In this document: positions 60,530 to 64,000 of the stretch, piece after piece | Layout: every line of letters starts with the position of its first letter | Numbering within the stretch: position 1 is the first letter of the stretch | Origin: Mycoplasmatota bacterium | GTDB taxonomy: Bacteria > Bacillota_I > Bacilli_A > MAG-NZ | Length of the DNA stretch: 64,000 nucleotides | Direction of reading: 5' to 3' | Assembly: GCA_018394315.1 (NCBI GenBank) | Contig: CP074575.1 | Coordinates: forward strand, 434,001-498,000 | Translations under genes and position numbers: made by a program | The notes under the pieces: model-generated | What the model saw: only the letters and a program-made list of their open reading frames with translations | Database searches by the model: none | What the model was told of the DNA's origin: nothing

Positions 60530-62434
60530 ATGGCACAAGTTAAAAGACCGGTTCCAAAACGTAAAATGAATATTGGGGATATCATCTTAGGTATAATCCT
60601 TATAGGTATTATAATAGGAGTTTATTATTCATTTATATCTAAAAATGAACAACCTATTAAACTAACCTATCCTGAGTTCTATGAAGAAATGAGAAATGAT
60701 AATGTTAGTAACGTTATCACTATTCCTGAATCAGGAGATTACAACCAAGGAATATTTAATGCGTCAGGAACTTTAAAAGATGGTACAGAATATTTTGTAA
60801 CCATCCCAACGACATCAAAGTATGATGAAATAATTGATATAGCAGTGTTAAACGATGTTACTATTGATCCACAAGCTGTTAGCAACTTCGATTTCTTTAG
60901 TATCATTACATTCTTATTCCCAATCCTTTTAATTTTAGCTGTATTGTTTTTCTTAATGCGAAACGCAGGAGGAGGGGCTGGAAACAAAGCCTTCGACTTC
61001 GGAAAATCAAGAGCTAAATTATCAAGAAGTAAAACTACATCTTTCAAGGATGTTGCTGGAGTTGACGAAGAAAAAGAAGAATTATCAGAATTGATTGATT
61101 TCTTAAAAAATCCGAAAAAATACATAGAAATTGGTGCTAGAATACCTAAAGGTGTTTTACTAGTTGGACCTCCAGGTACAGGAAAGACATTATTAGCGAG
61201 AGCAGTTGCTGGTGAAGCAGATGTGCCTTTCTACCTAATTAGTGGATCTGATTTTGTAGAGATGTTTGTTGGTGTTGGTGCATCAAGAGTAAGAGATATG
61301 TTTAAAACAGCTAAACAGACGGCTCCATGTATTATCTTTATTGATGAGATAGATGCAGTAGGACGTCAACGTGGTGCTGGGTTAGGTGGAGGAAACGACG
61401 AACGTGAACAAACACTTAACCAATTATTAGTTGAAATGGATGGGTTTGGTGCTAATAGTGGAATAATCGTAATGGCTGCGACAAACAGACCGGACGTATT
61501 AGATCCTGCATTACTTAGACCTGGACGTTTTGATAGACAAATAACCATTGTTAATCCAGATGTAAAAGGTAGAACCGCAATCCTAGAAGTACATGCAAGA
61601 AATAAGAAAATGGCTAAAACTGTTAATCTAGAAGATGTTGCAAAGCGTACTCCTGGATTTAGTGGTGCTGACTTAGAGAATCTATTGAATGAAGCGGCTC
61701 TATTAGCAGCCAGAGGTAACAGAAAGTCCTTTAACATCAAGGACATTGACGAGGCTGTAGACCGTGTTATGATGGGTCCTGCTAAGAAAACAAGAAAATT
61801 TTCTAAATCAGAAAGAAATCTAATTGCTCACCATGAGGCTGGTCATGCCGTAATAGGTGTCAAATTAGACGACGCTAATATCGTTCACAAAGTTACTATT
61901 ATACCTCGTGGTCAAGCAGGAGGATATGCTTTAATGCTTCCTGAAGAAGAAAGATTCTTAGAAACAAAAACAAGTTTATTAGATAGAATTACTGGTTTAT
62001 TAGGTGGTAGAGTTTCTGAAGAATTAATTTTCAATGAGATATCAACTGGAGCTCATAATGACTTCCAAAAAGCTACGCAAATCGCAAGAGCTATGGTTAC
62101 TGAGTATGGTATGAGTTCTTTAGGACCAATCCAATATGAGCGTAGTACTGGTCCTGTATTCTTGGGAAGAGACTATAACAAATCAAAAGATTTCTCTGAG
62201 AAAATGGCAATTGAAATCGATAATGCAGTTAAGGAAATAATTGATGAGTGTTATAGTAGAGCTCAAAAAACACTTACTGACAATATGGATTTAGTGAAGA
62301 GAATCGCTCATTATCTTTTAGAAGTGGAAACACTAACAAAAGAAGAGATTTATGAGATAGTTGATACAAGCCATTTAAAATGGTGGGATGAAAAAAAAAC
62401 GGAAAAGAATGAGACTCAAGAAGTTTCTGAGTAA
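60530..62434 (+). CDS. ftsH: ATP-dependent zinc metalloprotease FtsH
   Basis: Two TM segments; [14 protein letters not shown], second region of homology, HEAGH. Confidence 0.98.
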   Translation: MAQVKRPVPKRKMNIGDIILGIILIGIIIGVYYSFISKNEQPIKLTYPEFYEEMRNDNVSNVITIPESGDYNQGIFNASGTLKDGTEYFVTIPTTSKYDEIIDIAVLNDVTIDPQAVSNFDFFSIITFLFPILLILAVLFFLMRNAGGGAGNKAFDFGKSRAKLSRSKTTSFKDVAGVDEEKEELSELIDFLKNPKKYIEIGARIPKGVLLVGPPGTGKTLLARAVAGEADVPFYLISGSDFVEMFVGVGASRVRDMFKTAKQTAPCIIFIDEIDAVGRQRGAGLGGGNDEREQTLNQLLVEMDGFGANSGIIVMAATNRPDVLDPALLRPGRFDRQITIVNPDVKGRTAILEVHARNKKMAKTVNLEDVAKRTPGFSGADLENLLNEAALLAARGNRKSFNIKDIDEAVDRVMMGPAKKTRKFSKSERNLIAHHEAGHAVIGVKLDDANIVHKVTIIPRGQAGGYALMLPEEERFLETKTSLLDRITGLLGGRVSEELIFNEISTGAHNDFQKATQIARAMVTEYGMSSLGPIQYERSTGPVFLGRDYNKSKDFSEKMAIEIDNAVKEIIDECYSRAQKTLTDNMDLVKRIAHYLLEVETLTKEEIYEIVDTSHLKWWDEKKTEKNETQEVSE

Positions 62435-62470
62435 ACTAAGTTTAATTAGTTATTAATAATTATACAAATT

Positions 62471-62508
62471 AGAATGATACCTTAAGAAATAGGATTCATT
62501 CTTTTTTT
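62471..62508 (+). terminator. Intrinsic terminator after ftsH
   Basis: AGAATGATACCT...AGGATTCATTCT followed by a T-run. Confidence 0.65.
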
Positions 62509-62854
62509 GTACCAGGTTTGGTAGCATAAATGGAAAAGCAGTCGCTATTTATATTAACCTTAGATAACTATAGCTAAATCTATTTTGTGATTTAGTGACA
62601 ATAAAAGAGTCTAACAATTATATGATAGTTTTAATGCAATTCATTTAATCTATCCATGTTTTTTTTCGGGAGTAGATATATGATTTTATAATGTCCATAT
62701 TCACTAATTTATTGATAGAGAATGTTATCATTCGGATATCAATATTGAATTGGATACTAATTAAGTGATTGGAGATTTAAAACTTGCAACTACTAGTTGT
62801 GATAAAAGTATTAAAAACACCAATATTTTGATATAATTATTATGAGGTGATATT

Positions 62855-63112
62855 ATGCGCATCGATAAATACTTAAAGGTATCAAGAATAATTAAGCGTC
62901 GTTCTGTTGCAAAAGAAATAGCAGATAATGGTCGAGTAGAGATTAATGATAAAGTCGCTAAATCAGGTTCAACTGTTTCAATAGGTGACGTGATAAAAAT
63001 CCACTTTGGTAATAAAAAAGTTACAGTAAAAGTAAAAGAATTACTTAATTCAACAAAGAAGGAAGACGCTAATTTGATGTACGAATTAATAAGTGAAGAA
63101 AGAAATGCTTGA
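62855..63112 (+). CDS. yabO: S4 RNA-binding protein YabO (RqcP/Hsp15-like)
   Basis: [21 protein letters not shown]. Confidence 0.93.
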   Translation: MRIDKYLKVSRIIKRRSVAKEIADNGRVEINDKVAKSGSTVSIGDVIKIHFGNKKVTVKVKELLNSTKKEDANLMYELISEERNA

Positions 63113-63159
63113 TTAGCATTTTTTTTAGTTTTTTTCATATCTTATATAGAGGTGAGATG

Positions 63160-63426
63160 ATGGAACAAAAGATACATCAATTATTCTTAAAGGACAGGAA
63201 GTCTCTAGAAATAACTGGTGTTAAGAAAATTGAAAGTTTGAATGAGGAAGAATTTATAGTTGAGACCGAACTAGGACTCATGTCCATATTAGGTCGCGAA
63301 TTAGAAATGCGAAACTTGGATGTTGATAAAGGTGAGCTTCAAATTAAGGGATATATAACAATGATTGAATATAAAGACCATCAAGTAAGCGCATCAAAAT
63401 CTATGTTCAGTAAACTTTTTAAATGA
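63160..63426 (+). CDS. yabP: Sporulation protein YabP
   Basis: RKSLEITGVKKIESLNEEEFIVETELG, SMFSKLFK; start after GAGGTG. Confidence 0.92.
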   Translation: MEQKIHQLFLKDRKSLEITGVKKIESLNEEEFIVETELGLMSILGRELEMRNLDVDKGELQIKGYITMIEYKDHQVSASKSMFSKLFK

Positions 63427-63842
63427 TACCATTAAAAACTCAATACTCACTACTCATTAATTCAATAATTTTTGGAGCATATTTAGGAATTACATATGAC
63501 TTTCTAAGATTTTATCGAAACAATAACTATTGGTTTAAAGTATTCACAGATATAGTCTTTTGGGTAACTCAGAGTATTGTTGCAAGCTATTTTTTTTACA
63601 ACATTAGTTACGGAATAATCCCAATTTACTTGTTTATTATGTTCTTTGTTGGTTTTGTTTCTTACTACTACTTCTTGCATGACTTTCTTACGAACAAACT
63701 ACTAACTATAACAACTAATACTACCAAATTTTATAGAAAAACAGAAAAACAACGAAGGTTTGCTTTGGGTATCGATAACTACGAAAAGATGATTAAATTT
63801 TTCAAGAAAATAAAACTGAATAAACGTAAAAAGTCAAAATAA
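63423..63842 (+). CDS. yabQ: Spore cortex biosynthesis protein YabQ (short)
   Basis: GAYLGITYD, DIVFW; overlaps the yabP stop. Confidence 0.82.
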   Translation: MIPLKTQYSLLINSIIFGAYLGITYDFLRFYRNNNYWFKVFTDIVFWVTQSIVASYFFYNISYGIIPIYLFIMFFVGFVSYYYFLHDFLTNKLLTITTNTTKFYRKTEKQRRFALGIDNYEKMIKFFKKIKLNKRKKSK

Positions 63843-63920
63843 CGCTTTATCCACAATAAAAGTGTTATTTTTATCTAGTTGTGTTATAATAAATAATAAT
63901 TTTAATAAGAGGTGATATTA

Positions 63921-64000
63921 ATGAAATTAACTGAACAAGAACTAGTAAGAAGACAAAAGATGAATGACTTGAAAGAAAAGGGTATTAATCCTTTTGGAGC
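63921..64000 (+). CDS. lysS: Lysyl-tRNA synthetase, N-terminal part (runs off the window)
   Basis: MKLTEQELVRRQKMNDLKEKGINPFG; GAGGTGA RBS; TGTTATAAT extended -10 upstream. Confidence 0.85.
   Translation, partial: MKLTEQELVRRQKMNDLKEKGINPFG

Noticed and set aside
1142..63138. Numerous short ORF-track entries antisense to or nested in recognised genes (e.g. 1142-1363, 24405-24848, 60739-61125, 62761-63138)
   Set aside because: Shadow ORFs with no RBS or motif support

Overview
AT-rich bacterial chromosomal segment read in the standard code. It looks like a low-GC Firmicute-type spore former: it carries spoIIE, yabP, yabQ, yunB, a cwlD-like amidase and candidate sigmaE/sigmaG promoters. Core content: fatty-acid synthesis (fabK-like, acpP, accB, partial accC, birA, two FabT-like boxes), an arsR-arsP-thioredoxin module, tsaEBD-rimI, the yut/yun cluster, ispDF, mgsA, cdaA, a Clp ATPase, class II RNR (nrdJ), dusB/hslO, spoIIE-tilS-hpt-ftsH, yabOPQ and the start of lysS. 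An accessory stretch (about 36.4-52.7 kb) holds a complete IS3-family element inserted in a terminator loop, an rsgA gene, tandem M28 lipoprotein peptidases, a 1011-aa GNAT plus amidohydrolase operon and several orphan genes. Best leads: (1) leader-peptide attenuators upstream of the giant GNAT operon (which also has a 14-aa ORF with a strong RBS) and of rsgA; (2) a catalytically eroded DUF4011-helicase-nuclease-type protein coupled to an ankyrin protein and a diadenylate cyclase, next to a Clp ATPase with a dead second ATPase domain; (3) a 39-codon relic of glucose-6-phosphate isomerase; (4) a candidate three-way-junction small RNA upstream of ppa. All calls come from motif recognition by eye; no database searches were run.
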